Of a stretch of DNA of 64,000 nucleotides, positions 8,031 through 16,210 are shown in pieces. The stretch lies in sequence record OR413585.1; one strand, written 5' to 3'. How positions within the stretch are numbered: the stretch's first letter is position 1; each line of letters starts with the position of its first letter. Made by a program: the position numbers and the translations under genes. The notes under the pieces are model-generated. The model saw only the letters and a list, made by a program, of their open reading frames with translations, had not been told where the DNA came from and did not search any database.

Positions 8031-8249
8031 ATGTTTCACCGTCCTGGGTTTTCAGCTTTAAACACCGATGTCTGTTGGGCTGAGTACGAGCGGGTGAAGG
8101 AGTTCTTACCCGTAAATCCTAAACACATCAACGTGGGTACTATCGGGCGTGTTGCGTTCGATGATACTCCGCTGAGTACGTGTATTAAAGCAGCGCTTGG
8201 TACGCCGCCTGAGCCTCACCACCACGACTGGGAGGCAACTTTACCCTAA
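8031..8249 (+). CDS. 72-aa protein carrying an EF-Tu N-terminus-like segment
   Basis: SD AGGAG 8 nt before ATG 8031; YERVK..[11 protein letters not shown] versus EF-Tu [16 protein letters not shown]. Confidence 0.65.
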   Translation: [72 protein letters not shown]

Positions 8250-8260
8250 GGAGCATTAAA

Positions 8261-8683
8261 ATGGTTACCGCTATTCGCGAAACAAAATCACTATACGATC
8301 ATTTATCAGAAGAAGAAACAGCCTTATTCTACGACCTGTTACCTGAAACCAAAGCAAATGTTCAGTGGTGGTTACGTTTAGCGCTACGTGATAAAGTTGG
8401 GGAAACGCCGGTTAGTATTCTCGCACACACGTTGGACATGACACCCATGATTGAAATCGCGATTACCCGCCCTAAATTCTGGCGGCCTGGTATGGTGCGT
8501 GAGGCGTATCTACTCCAACGCTTAGGTGTTGCCCCGGAGAAGTGTTGGCGTAAGATGGACGACCATCGCTACCGTGAAGAAATTACGAATAGCCTCAACA
8601 CTATGTTGGCAATGAAACGACTCGGTATCGAACACGAAGGTTTCGAGTCAGCGGTACAAGCCTGGGTGAAAAGGAATAGCTAA
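8261..8683 (+). CDS. hypothetical protein
   Basis: SD AAGGAG; 140 aa. Confidence 0.75.
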   Translation: MVTAIRETKSLYDHLSEEETALFYDLLPETKANVQWWLRLALRDKVGETPVSILAHTLDMTPMIEIAITRPKFWRPGMVREAYLLQRLGVAPEKCWRKMDDHRYREEITNSLNTMLAMKRLGIEHEGFESAVQAWVKRNS

Positions 8684-8932
8684 ATGCAAAAAACAATCAT
8701 CGGAATAATGGTTAGTTCTTTCTGTGGTTTCCCTACCCCACAAACAGAACCCCAATATTTAGGCGCAGGTAAACCCGATCCGGAAGTCCGTAAGTTGCGC
8801 GAAGAAGCAAAAGCCAGAGTTCTTACTGAGCTGGAATCGTTGCTTCAGTCTCCGGTTATTTCACAATGGGGTATGGCAATAGATGTCACTAGAACTGATC
8901 GACGAGGCTATTATCTCCCACGACTTGTTTAA
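8684..8932 (+). CDS. hypothetical protein
   Basis: TAA-ATG abutment, SD AAGGA; 82 aa. Confidence 0.6.
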   Translation: MQKTIIGIMVSSFCGFPTPQTEPQYLGAGKPDPEVRKLREEAKARVLTELESLLQSPVISQWGMAIDVTRTDRRGYYLPRLV

Positions 8933-9383
8933 CGCGCCTGAGCGCTTCAAGGTCGTTACAGTTAACTGCGTTGGTGCAATGGGAAGGGGCATTGCCTTGG
9001 CGTGCCGAGAACGCTTCCCGTCGCTTTATAATGACTATCGCCAGAAATGCCGTAAAGAGCAAATCGTTATCGGTGAGGTCTATTGTTATCCTGAGGAAGG
9101 GGTAATACTCCTTCCTACTAAAACCCATTTTCGCTATAAATCGCAGATTTACTATGTCACGTCCGGCATTGATGCGCTGGCGCGACTAGGGGAAGACTTA
9201 GAAGGAGGGATTGCGATACCACCCCTAGGGATGGCTAACGGTTGGTTACGTTACCATGAGCGATTGGAAATCTTTATACACTTACAGAAACGACTACAGC
9301 ACACGGAGCAGACTTATCGATTCTATTTACCGGACACCCTGCTGAGGGAAGCAGAGAAAATCATCCCAAATAGTTTCAAATAG
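8883..9383 (+). CDS. macrodomain ADP-ribosylhydrolase (DarG-like)
   Basis: TVNCVGAMGRGIAL..FP, LPTKTHFRYKS, IAIPPLGMANGWL match macrodomain signature loops. Confidence 0.85.
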   Translation: MSLELIDEAIISHDLFNAPERFKVVTVNCVGAMGRGIALACRERFPSLYNDYRQKCRKEQIVIGEVYCYPEEGVILLPTKTHFRYKSQIYYVTSGIDALARLGEDLEGGIAIPPLGMANGWLRYHERLEIFIHLQKRLQHTEQTYRFYLPDTLLREAEKIIPNSFK

Positions 9384-9398
9384 ATATTATCATCAGGG
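9376..9398 (+). promoter_or_regulatory. phage promoter motif variant
   Basis: TCAAATAGATATTATCATCAGGG resembles the 18468 and 26032 copies. Confidence 0.45.
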
Positions 9399-9482
9399 CA
9401 CATTACAAAGGAGCACAATGCCGTCCGCGCCGTCTTCCCGGATTGGGAACGGAAAAGTATAAATCCGTTTGGAGATACATCC

Positions 9483-10205
9483 ATGTTTCGCACCATTTTA
9501 TTTCTTCTGGTAGCAATGACTACGTTCAACAGCAACGCTTCTTACCAGACCACCAGTAACAAACACCAAAAAGAATTCGTCCTTATCCAGGACCAGTTCA
9601 ATGAGATTAAACCTCTCATCGTCACCGCATCTCGAAAACAAGGCGTACATGCCGGGATGCTCGCGACCACCATTTATCGTGAATCCCGTTTTAATAAAAA
9701 CGTGGGTAAGAATAAATCGAGCAGTGCTAGTAGTGTTGTCCAAATGACGACAGGCACTAAACGCTCCATGATACGTCTGTATGGGAAACAACTTAACATC
9801 CCAAAGAATGCGGACCTTAATAAACCGAAGTATGCTGTACAGCTTGCTGCCGTTTACATGAAACACATCGAGGATCATCTGACAAAACAACTCAAACGCA
9901 AGCCGAGCACAGCCGAAATCGCTTTAGGCTACCGCTTCGGTGAGGGTGCTGCTGTTGCGATGATTAAAAAGAAATCACCGGTCGGGAAACGCTGGATGGC
10001 CAGCTACCGAAAAGACGCAGCATTCTACGGTGCGAAAATGACACCACCGAAAGCTGAAACACGTCAGCTTGCTTTTGCGAAGGAAGACCACGACCAACGC
10101 GTCGCCGAACTTCAGAAAATCTGGGATACGCTGTACACCAAAATATCACCTGCGGCCGGTACATTACTGGCAAATAACACTATCATGAAAGGAGCATTGC
10201 TTTGA
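9483..10205 (+). CDS. SLT-type lytic transglycosylase with signal peptide
   Basis: TIYRESRFN (catalytic Glu), SSAS..Q..TGT, GYRFGEG; hydrophobic N-terminus ending SNA; similar to the TMP SLT domain. Confidence 0.75.
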   Translation: MFRTILFLLVAMTTFNSNASYQTTSNKHQKEFVLIQDQFNEIKPLIVTASRKQGVHAGMLATTIYRESRFNKNVGKNKSSSASSVVQMTTGTKRSMIRLYGKQLNIPKNADLNKPKYAVQLAAVYMKHIEDHLTKQLKRKPSTAEIALGYRFGEGAAVAMIKKKSPVGKRWMASYRKDAAFYGAKMTPPKAETRQLAFAKEDHDQRVAELQKIWDTLYTKISPAAGTLLANNTIMKGALL

Positions 10206-10795
10206 CACTCGTAACACGCCCCTGGTATCCAGGTCTTAAAACAGCCGCACAAATCACCGCCAAAGACGTTTACGAACTGATTCGCGCGGGTGCGGAACAC
10301 GTTCAAACCAATCCGAACTACGTTGAGCGTCCTATCGGTGAAGTCGATGGGGAAGCTGTCGAAGCACCTGTCTACGTTGAGTACGGCGAATGGTTCGCAG
10401 AGAACCACGGTTTCTACGACGCGTTAAACGCGGCGTTTGGTGATGACGAGGACGAAGGTATCGAATTCGACTGGAACGTTAATCTGGCGCTGATGTGGAT
10501 TTGTGGTTTACGTCCAGCAATTAACGAAACCGAAGCAGGCTTCGTGCTGACGTGGCGACAGTCGGCGGGTTACGATAAAGAACTCGACTTCAAACAGGCG
10601 TATATGGATGTGTCGATTGCACTGCAGAAACTGTTCTTCGGCGATCGTGCTTTCTGCCAGCTCAGCTGGTTGACCATCCTGGAAAAACTGGCAACGTGCC
10701 ACAAACTGTGGCGAGCAGAAGATGCCCCAGAACATCTTTTCGTGCTCGAATATGCAGTGGTACCGAACCAGCCGTTCTTTGAGGCCGAAGCGTAA
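10202..10795 (+). CDS. acidic hypothetical protein
   Basis: TTG start with SD AAGGAG, overlaps upstream stop. Confidence 0.7.
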   Translation: MTLVTRPWYPGLKTAAQITAKDVYELIRAGAEHVQTNPNYVERPIGEVDGEAVEAPVYVEYGEWFAENHGFYDALNAAFGDDEDEGIEFDWNVNLALMWICGLRPAINETEAGFVLTWRQSAGYDKELDFKQAYMDVSIALQKLFFGDRAFCQLSWLTILEKLATCHKLWRAEDAPEHLFVLEYAVVPNQPFFEAEA

Positions 10796-10800
10796 TTAAC

Positions 10801-10831
10801 GGTCAGACCTTCGGGTCTGACCACCTTTTAT
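10801..10831 (+). terminator. intrinsic terminator
   Basis: GGTCAGACC-TTCG-GGTCTGACC then ACCTTTTTA. Confidence 0.75.
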
Positions 10832-10846
10832 TTAATTCTTGGGTGT

Positions 10847-11113
10847 GTGTTCGTGAAACGTTTAATAAATTTTCTCTACTGGATGGAGAAACGCTATAGC
10901 CACAACATTCCGATGATGTATAGTTTGTTATTCTCCACGGTAATGTTGGTAATCGGTGCGATTGTCGCGCATCTGATGGAACTCACGTCTCCATGGGCGC
11001 AACTCTTTCTTACCATCTGGATGTTGTTCTCAGGCTACCACATACGTGGTTTCATAACCCGATTCTTCCGCTGGCGTAGTACCTGGCACGTCTTTAATTC
11101 CGACCGTAACTAG
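10847..11113 (+). CDS. two-TM membrane protein
   Basis: two hydrophobic segments in 88 aa; GTG start. Confidence 0.55.
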   Translation: MFVKRLINFLYWMEKRYSHNIPMMYSLLFSTVMLVIGAIVAHLMELTSPWAQLFLTIWMLFSGYHIRGFITRFFRWRSTWHVFNSDRN

Positions 11114-11173
11114 TTTTTTACAGCAGTCACTAATCATCTGAAAATACCATTGACTTTTATAAGGACTATTAAC

Positions 11174-12307
11174 ATGCAATTTCCAATTTCCGTAATCGAA
11201 GATATGGCTCGTGTAGTACGTGACCGTGCGTATGTGCTTAGCTACGAAGGTATTCGTGCATATTCAGAAGCTCTGATTGCACAACACGTCACTGGCACCG
11301 GTGTTATCAACCCGGATCTTTACAATGCGCTGGTCGATAACAATGTGGAGGCTTATCTGCCGCTGCCGCACCTGCGTAATAAGTTGTGCCTTTCTTCTCA
11401 AACTCTTCAGTTTGATAACCTGCCACCACTGAAATATTCGCCAGATGACCGTTGGGGAAGTATGCTGGGTGTAGCTTTCCAAAATTGCCACGCGCCTTAT
11501 AACTGGTCTATTCTCGTTGAAGGTGTTGATGGTGTCTGGTATGCCATTGCACATTCTGACGGATTCTTCTTCGAACCAGGTGAGTTGATTAAACCAGTAA
11601 GTGCCCCACAAGGCCGTGCTAAGGTTGGGCATTGTTACATTGAATTGACTCATGTCCAGTGGACTATCGAAGACTGGCGTGCTGCCTCCGTTATCTTCGG
11701 CGACGGTAAACCACACTCAGTTACTTTCGAGCGTTGTGAAGCAGAGCATGTTGAAGAGACTGACAATGACGAAGTGGGAGATCGTTACGCGCCACTGGAA
11801 GAGTGTCGTAACATCGCGAACATCGACTGGGTGAAAGTCTTTACGGCCAACCCCGGTTTCCGTGGTCAGACTATCAACCCCGGCGAAGTAACCTGGGAAG
11901 GTTTCGTACAACTCGCAGATAAACTCGGTTATGACGTGTGGGATTACACCTACAAACGTCCATACCCGAATGCGTCGGAAGATGAAGACCACGATGAAAT
12001 CATTCTGGAAAACCTGGCTGATATCGAAAACGTGTTCATCGATGATGAAATCTTCATCACCCTCGGCATTGAGCGTCCGAAATCAACCGCATATCCGGTA
12101 TCGGTTGCCAGCGTTATTCAGGAACTGGGCAAGATGCAGGAGCAGACCGTCGAAGTGAAAATCGACGAAGAGCAAATGCATATCGTTGCACAGGTACAGA
12201 AAACTCTGAACCTGGATAAACTGTACGCAGAAATCCGCAAGCTGCCGAAAAAGAAACGTACTGTTGCCACAATCAAAGCAATGGTCCGTGATATCATCGG
12301 TAAATAA
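11174..12307 (+). CDS. hypothetical protein
   Basis: ATG 11174 with SD AAGGA; acidic body with basic C-terminus. Confidence 0.8.
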   Translation: MQFPISVIEDMARVVRDRAYVLSYEGIRAYSEALIAQHVTGTGVINPDLYNALVDNNVEAYLPLPHLRNKLCLSSQTLQFDNLPPLKYSPDDRWGSMLGVAFQNCHAPYNWSILVEGVDGVWYAIAHSDGFFFEPGELIKPVSAPQGRAKVGHCYIELTHVQWTIEDWRAASVIFGDGKPHSVTFERCEAEHVEETDNDEVGDRYAPLEECRNIANIDWVKVFTANPGFRGQTINPGEVTWEGFVQLADKLGYDVWDYTYKRPYPNASEDEDHDEIILENLADIENVFIDDEIFITLGIERPKSTAYPVSVASVIQELGKMQEQTVEVKIDEEQMHIVAQVQKTLNLDKLYAEIRKLPKKKRTVATIKAMVRDIIGK

Positions 12308-12314
12308 TGCGATA

Positions 12315-12365
12315 AAAAATAAAAGCCTACCTACTCCCAAGGGAGTAGGTAGTTCTTTTTTTTCT
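12315..12365. terminator. bidirectional terminator
   Basis: CTACCTACTCCC-AA-GGGAGTAGGTAG flanked by A-run and T-run between convergent genes. Confidence 0.85.
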
Positions 12366-12989
12366 TTAATTTGTTAACCCGTTATCTTTCAGGATTTTCA
12401 ACATCGCATCATTCAACGCCTGCAGTTCTTGATTCTGCTTAGTGAGTGTTGCAACTTGTTCTGTCAGAGGAACCTGCTCACGGATTTTGGCTTTACGCAC
12501 CGCTTCCATTTGCAAGTGTTCTTCTTCCGTCACCGTCCCTTCGTAATCCATCGATGTGATGTCCACATGTGCATCGATTCCTAAACCGCGTTCTAAGATG
12601 CTTTTCAGGTCGTTCGTTAGCAGTGTGACATCGACGTATTCGGGTATTAATGCCAGGTCAATAACCACCACATTGCGTCTATAATTTAACCCGTTCAGTC
12701 CAGGATACGTCTCAATGTACGTATCAGGCAACTCGTAGACTTGACCGTCCCTCGACTTTAATGTTACAATCGAGGCTTCGACATTAGCGTCGCTGATATA
12801 GTCGTCACGAGTTAGGCCGACAGGTTTATAATACTTGTTATAAACGTCAATATTATTACGTTGGAGTTTCGGAAAGTTCTGTACCGCGTCAACACGGTAA
12901 ATCACTTTATCTGGCAACGTATAAGGTGCCTTAACCTTGAACAACCCCTCAAGGTTAACCTGAGGCGTGTTAGGCAACAGTTGTGCCAT
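12366..12989 (-). CDS. putative virion-associated protein
   Basis: co-oriented and 10 nt from the next structural-type gene; C-terminal coiled coil; function inferred from synteny. Confidence 0.6.
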   Translation of the reverse strand: MAQLLPNTPQVNLEGLFKVKAPYTLPDKVIYRVDAVQNFPKLQRNNIDVYNKYYKPVGLTRDDYISDANVEASIVTLKSRDGQVYELPDTYIETYPGLNGLNYRRNVVVIDLALIPEYVDVTLLTNDLKSILERGLGIDAHVDITSMDYEGTVTEEEHLQMEAVRKAKIREQVPLTEQVATLTKQNQELQALNDAMLKILKDNGLTN

Positions 12990-12999
12990 TTAACCCTCC

Positions 13000-14379
13000 T
13001 TAGGCTTCTGGCTCTGCCGCAGGGACATCCCAAACAGCTTTGCGGGCCAAGACACGATACTCCACGTTATCGAATTCGAAGACGTAGAAGTAAACGTTAG
13101 GATCGACGTCGTCTACGAGCTTCACGATATCCAGCGGGGTGGAATGTGGGTGATACTCTTCCGCTGCGATTAACGCCTGGAAGAACAAGTCCAGCCACTC
13201 GGTGGTTTTCTTCGACATTCTCGCAATATCTGCATTGTTAGTGCCGATTAATGCGTAGTCGGGAATCGTATCGTGCAGGGTCGTTTTGCGTGAATCGTTT
13301 TCAGGGCCTGCGATAACTACAGCGTTTAGTGATTTATAGATGGACGGTAAATCCGTTACATCGGTAGTTGGAGTTGAGATTGCTCCACTATTTTTTTCCG
13401 TAATGGTTTGAACACTCCACTCCCCAAATCGGGAGATTGCTTTGACCCAGAAATCATATGGGAGAATCGGCGAGTATAATGCCGCAACATCTTCCTCATT
13501 TGGAATCCCACGAATTGACCAACCGGGAACAATTGTGAACTTGGTGGTCGTAAAGATTTCTGGGAACACCTTGACACCCAACGCCACAGTAAAACTGGAG
13601 TTTGCCAAAATGTAATCACGCAACGCTTGTTTAATCCTGCTCGGGTTACGACCCGCGCGTCCGTAGATGATAGCCGACATCGGTATCGGTAAGGTGGAAT
13701 CAAAGTCTTCCTGGTCGTGCCAAGTATAGATGTTAGTAATCAGGCTAGTGTACGGATAACCGTCAGCTAATTCGTTAATCTTATTATGGTGATCCGGAAG
13801 GTTGAACCCTTCCATTGCCTTTTCGACTACAGATTTCACAGCCAAGAAAGTATCAACCGGTAATATCGGCATTTGGACTTCAATTTCAAATCCGGTATAG
13901 TCCTGATTGAAATCTTCATCAGCAAACCAGAGAATAATCTGGTTATTCACATCAGATGGGTCTTCGACTTTATCTGCTGTGGTTTCAAGTTTCCAACTGA
14001 CCCAACGTGGGAACCAGTTACTGTTAGTCTGAATCATCGCGCCAGACTGAACACCGCTGATGACACTATTAAATTGCCCCAACAGCAAACGCTGGAATTC
14101 AACTTCGTCGTTTCTTAAGTTGCCCAGGATAGACTGTTGGTAGATCCATTGGGAAACAGTAAGAACGTGGTCGCTAAAGACGGCCGGGGTCTTAATAGGC
14201 AACTCGTCACGTTTAGAAGTAAAAGCAACCAGTTCCACCTGCAGATTTTCTTTAGTAAAATACTGCTTGCTTTTAGCGAACGAATATGACAGCTCAGACA
14301 ACTCACCTACCGGAGCGGTGTTGCCAGGGCCATTATCAATCAGAGCCGCTATTTGAATAAAGCCTTGTAAATCATACAT
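13000..14379 (-). CDS. putative virion structural protein
   Basis: 459 aa; position and size fit a conserved phiKZ-like virion gene (recalled, not searched). Confidence 0.6.
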   Translation of the reverse strand: MYDLQGFIQIAALIDNGPGNTAPVGELSELSYSFAKSKQYFTKENLQVELVAFTSKRDELPIKTPAVFSDHVLTVSQWIYQQSILGNLRNDEVEFQRLLLGQFNSVISGVQSGAMIQTNSNWFPRWVSWKLETTADKVEDPSDVNNQIILWFADEDFNQDYTGFEIEVQMPILPVDTFLAVKSVVEKAMEGFNLPDHHNKINELADGYPYTSLITNIYTWHDQEDFDSTLPIPMSAIIYGRAGRNPSRIKQALRDYILANSSFTVALGVKVFPEIFTTTKFTIVPGWSIRGIPNEEDVAALYSPILPYDFWVKAISRFGEWSVQTITEKNSGAISTPTTDVTDLPSIYKSLNAVVIAGPENDSRKTTLHDTIPDYALIGTNNADIARMSKKTTEWLDLFFQALIAAEEYHPHSTPLDIVKLVDDVDPNVYFYVFEFDNVEYRVLARKAVWDVPAAEPEA

Positions 14380-14403
14380 AATTAAAAACTCTCCGAGGTG
14401 AGC

Positions 14404-14913
14404 ATGATAGCATCAGTTTTCAAACTGCTTCCATTCTTACAGATGCTGTGGGAAGCATTTAAACCGGGCGAGGGGGAGAAAGTAACACGAGCCGGGAAAA
14501 TAGTGACACTAGTGATAGTGGCACTGATCGCGTTCTCTGCATTTGTCTCATATGCCTATATTGTTCAATACCACACACTGGTTAGCGTTCAATCGCGTAC
14601 TCAGTATCTGGAGATATCCTATAAGGAGCTAAAAGAGAAGTCCGATCATAGCGAAGTGGAGAACAATAAGTTGTACGATCGTCTCTTCACGTGCCTGGGT
14701 TCTCGACCGCCATATGATGGTACCAAATCTCCAACAGGAACAGGCACTGGGGCCGCGGTTCCGCCTGTAGAACTCAAGCCGGTAACACCGCCGGCACCGT
14801 TAAATCCGTCTAGCCCGCCTGCCAAGAAATACCAGGCCGCTTCTCGCCCGGTAGGGTCGCAGGAGGCAAATGATTTCCGACAGGAGATTATCAGTACGCT
14901 TAATAATCCATGA
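14404..14913 (+). CDS. candidate inner-membrane spanin (i-spanin)
   Basis: single TM (KIVTLVIVALIAFSAFVSYAYIV), coiled coil, one Cys, Pro-rich linker; directly upstream of a lipoprotein. Confidence 0.5.
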   Translation: MIASVFKLLPFLQMLWEAFKPGEGEKVTRAGKIVTLVIVALIAFSAFVSYAYIVQYHTLVSVQSRTQYLEISYKELKEKSDHSEVENNKLYDRLFTCLGSRPPYDGTKSPTGTGTGAAVPPVELKPVTPPAPLNPSSPPAKKYQAASRPVGSQEANDFRQEIISTLNNP

Positions 14914-14922
14914 GGAGCATAC

Positions 14923-15402
14923 ATGAAGTTATTTTTGGTGGCGATACTGGTGCTATTGTTGACAGGATGTCCTGGGGTCATCCGTCACGTAGACCCAGAT
15001 TACTCCTCAACCGGAGATTGGCCTTTTCGTCCTTTAGAACACCCACCAGTATATAACGGTGGGAACAGTCCTGAGGCGAAAAAGCTGGCAGGGAAAATGT
15101 TTGTTGCGGATGTGAACGCTTATGCTTATTACGTTTATCTGTACGCTAAGTCAGTAAACAACTATGCAGAAGCTAAAGGGTGGCACACCCCGATGACCGC
15201 ACCGCTTTGTGAAGAGTTTATTCGCCCCACTCTTCATGGTATACCCTCCGGGATATATCTCGACCCTGGTTCTCGTAGCCCTCAAGACATTAGTCGTGAT
15301 TTGTCACGACAGATTAAGTCTCTCATTCGCAGCTATCGCGAAGACAGAGAGTCTTTTAATCGTGCCTACGAACGGCACAAAAGTAGTTGCCTTGTGCAAT
15401 GA
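14923..15402 (+). CDS. lipoprotein, candidate o-spanin
   Basis: lipobox MKLFLVAILVLLLTG-C; Pro-rich after Cys; two further Cys; SD GAGGAG. Confidence 0.55.
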   Translation: MKLFLVAILVLLLTGCPGVIRHVDPDYSSTGDWPFRPLEHPPVYNGGNSPEAKKLAGKMFVADVNAYAYYVYLYAKSVNNYAEAKGWHTPMTAPLCEEFIRPTLHGIPSGIYLDPGSRSPQDISRDLSRQIKSLIRSYREDRESFNRAYERHKSSCLVQ

Positions 15403-15407
15403 AAACT

Positions 15408-15444
15408 CCCTCTTACCTTCGGGTAAGAGGGGATTTCCTTTTTT
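15408..15444 (+). terminator. intrinsic terminator
   Basis: CCCTCTTACC-TTCG-GGTAAGAGGG plus T-tract. Confidence 0.8.
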
Positions 15445-15490
15445 ACGTTAATAGTCAATAGTGTGATATATAATCTCGTGGAGAGTTGAA

Positions 15491-16210
15491 ATGACCTATC
15501 CTAAAATTCTGCCTGTTTTAACGCCCACCGTTGTTGTTGGGACGGACTTAGAGACCCTGGCTTTACGTCCAGATGCCTACATCTTAACGTTGGCAAACGT
15601 GGCATTCGATGTTCCGACAATGAAAATGATCGGTTCATGTTACCACAAAATCGACCCCAATGATGCAAAAGCAAAAGAAATCTTCTACATCGACCCACAA
15701 ACGGTCGGCTATTGGGAAGGTAAAGGCGACCCCGAATACGCACCGAGCGAGAAAGCACGTATTGAAGCGTTTTCTGGGACCACTCCACTGCCAGAGGCAC
15801 TGTGGGCGGCCAAAAAATGGTTGGATGATCTGGGCAACGTGAAAATGGTTATCACCATGCGCGGTCCCGATTTTGATGCTCCAATTCTGATGAACGCGTT
15901 CGCGCAGTGCGATATCCCGCCGGGCAAGTACCGCAAGTTTTCTATATTGGACTCTGACCGGACCGCAGAACGTATTGCATATGCGTTTGGCCTGGAACCG
16001 AACTGGCACGCAGAAGCGCACCACTGGACCCGTGGCAAAGAAGCGTACGAGCATAACGCTAACTTTGATGCTGCGAAGGAAGCGTATTCTACGGCACGCA
16101 TCTATCATTTGGCCCTGGTCGCACGCACGTACGGTTTCGAACGTATGTTAGAAGCGCATCGTGAAATGTGTACAGGTGAATACATTCCACCGCAGTTGCG
16201 AGGAGAATAA
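15491..16210 (+). CDS. DEDDh 3'-5' exonuclease
   Basis: ExoI TDLET, ExoII RGPDFD, ExoIII HNANFD. Confidence 0.8.
   Translation: MTYPKILPVLTPTVVVGTDLETLALRPDAYILTLANVAFDVPTMKMIGSCYHKIDPNDAKAKEIFYIDPQTVGYWEGKGDPEYAPSEKARIEAFSGTTPLPEALWAAKKWLDDLGNVKMVITMRGPDFDAPILMNAFAQCDIPPGKYRKFSILDSDRTAERIAYAFGLEPNWHAEAHHWTRGKEAYEHNANFDAAKEAYSTARIYHLALVARTYGFERMLEAHREMCTGEYIPPQLRGE

Noticed and set aside
8031-8249. Idea that the EF-Tu-like segment acts as the plant elicitor elf18
   Set aside because: The segment is internal, interrupted by an insertion and has no export signal; the host is unknown; an intracellular decoy role is more economical
15461-15482. TATAAT upstream of the exonuclease gene as a sigma70 promoter
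   Set aside because: No -35 element at the correct spacing; may be a weak variant of the phage motif but is not supportable
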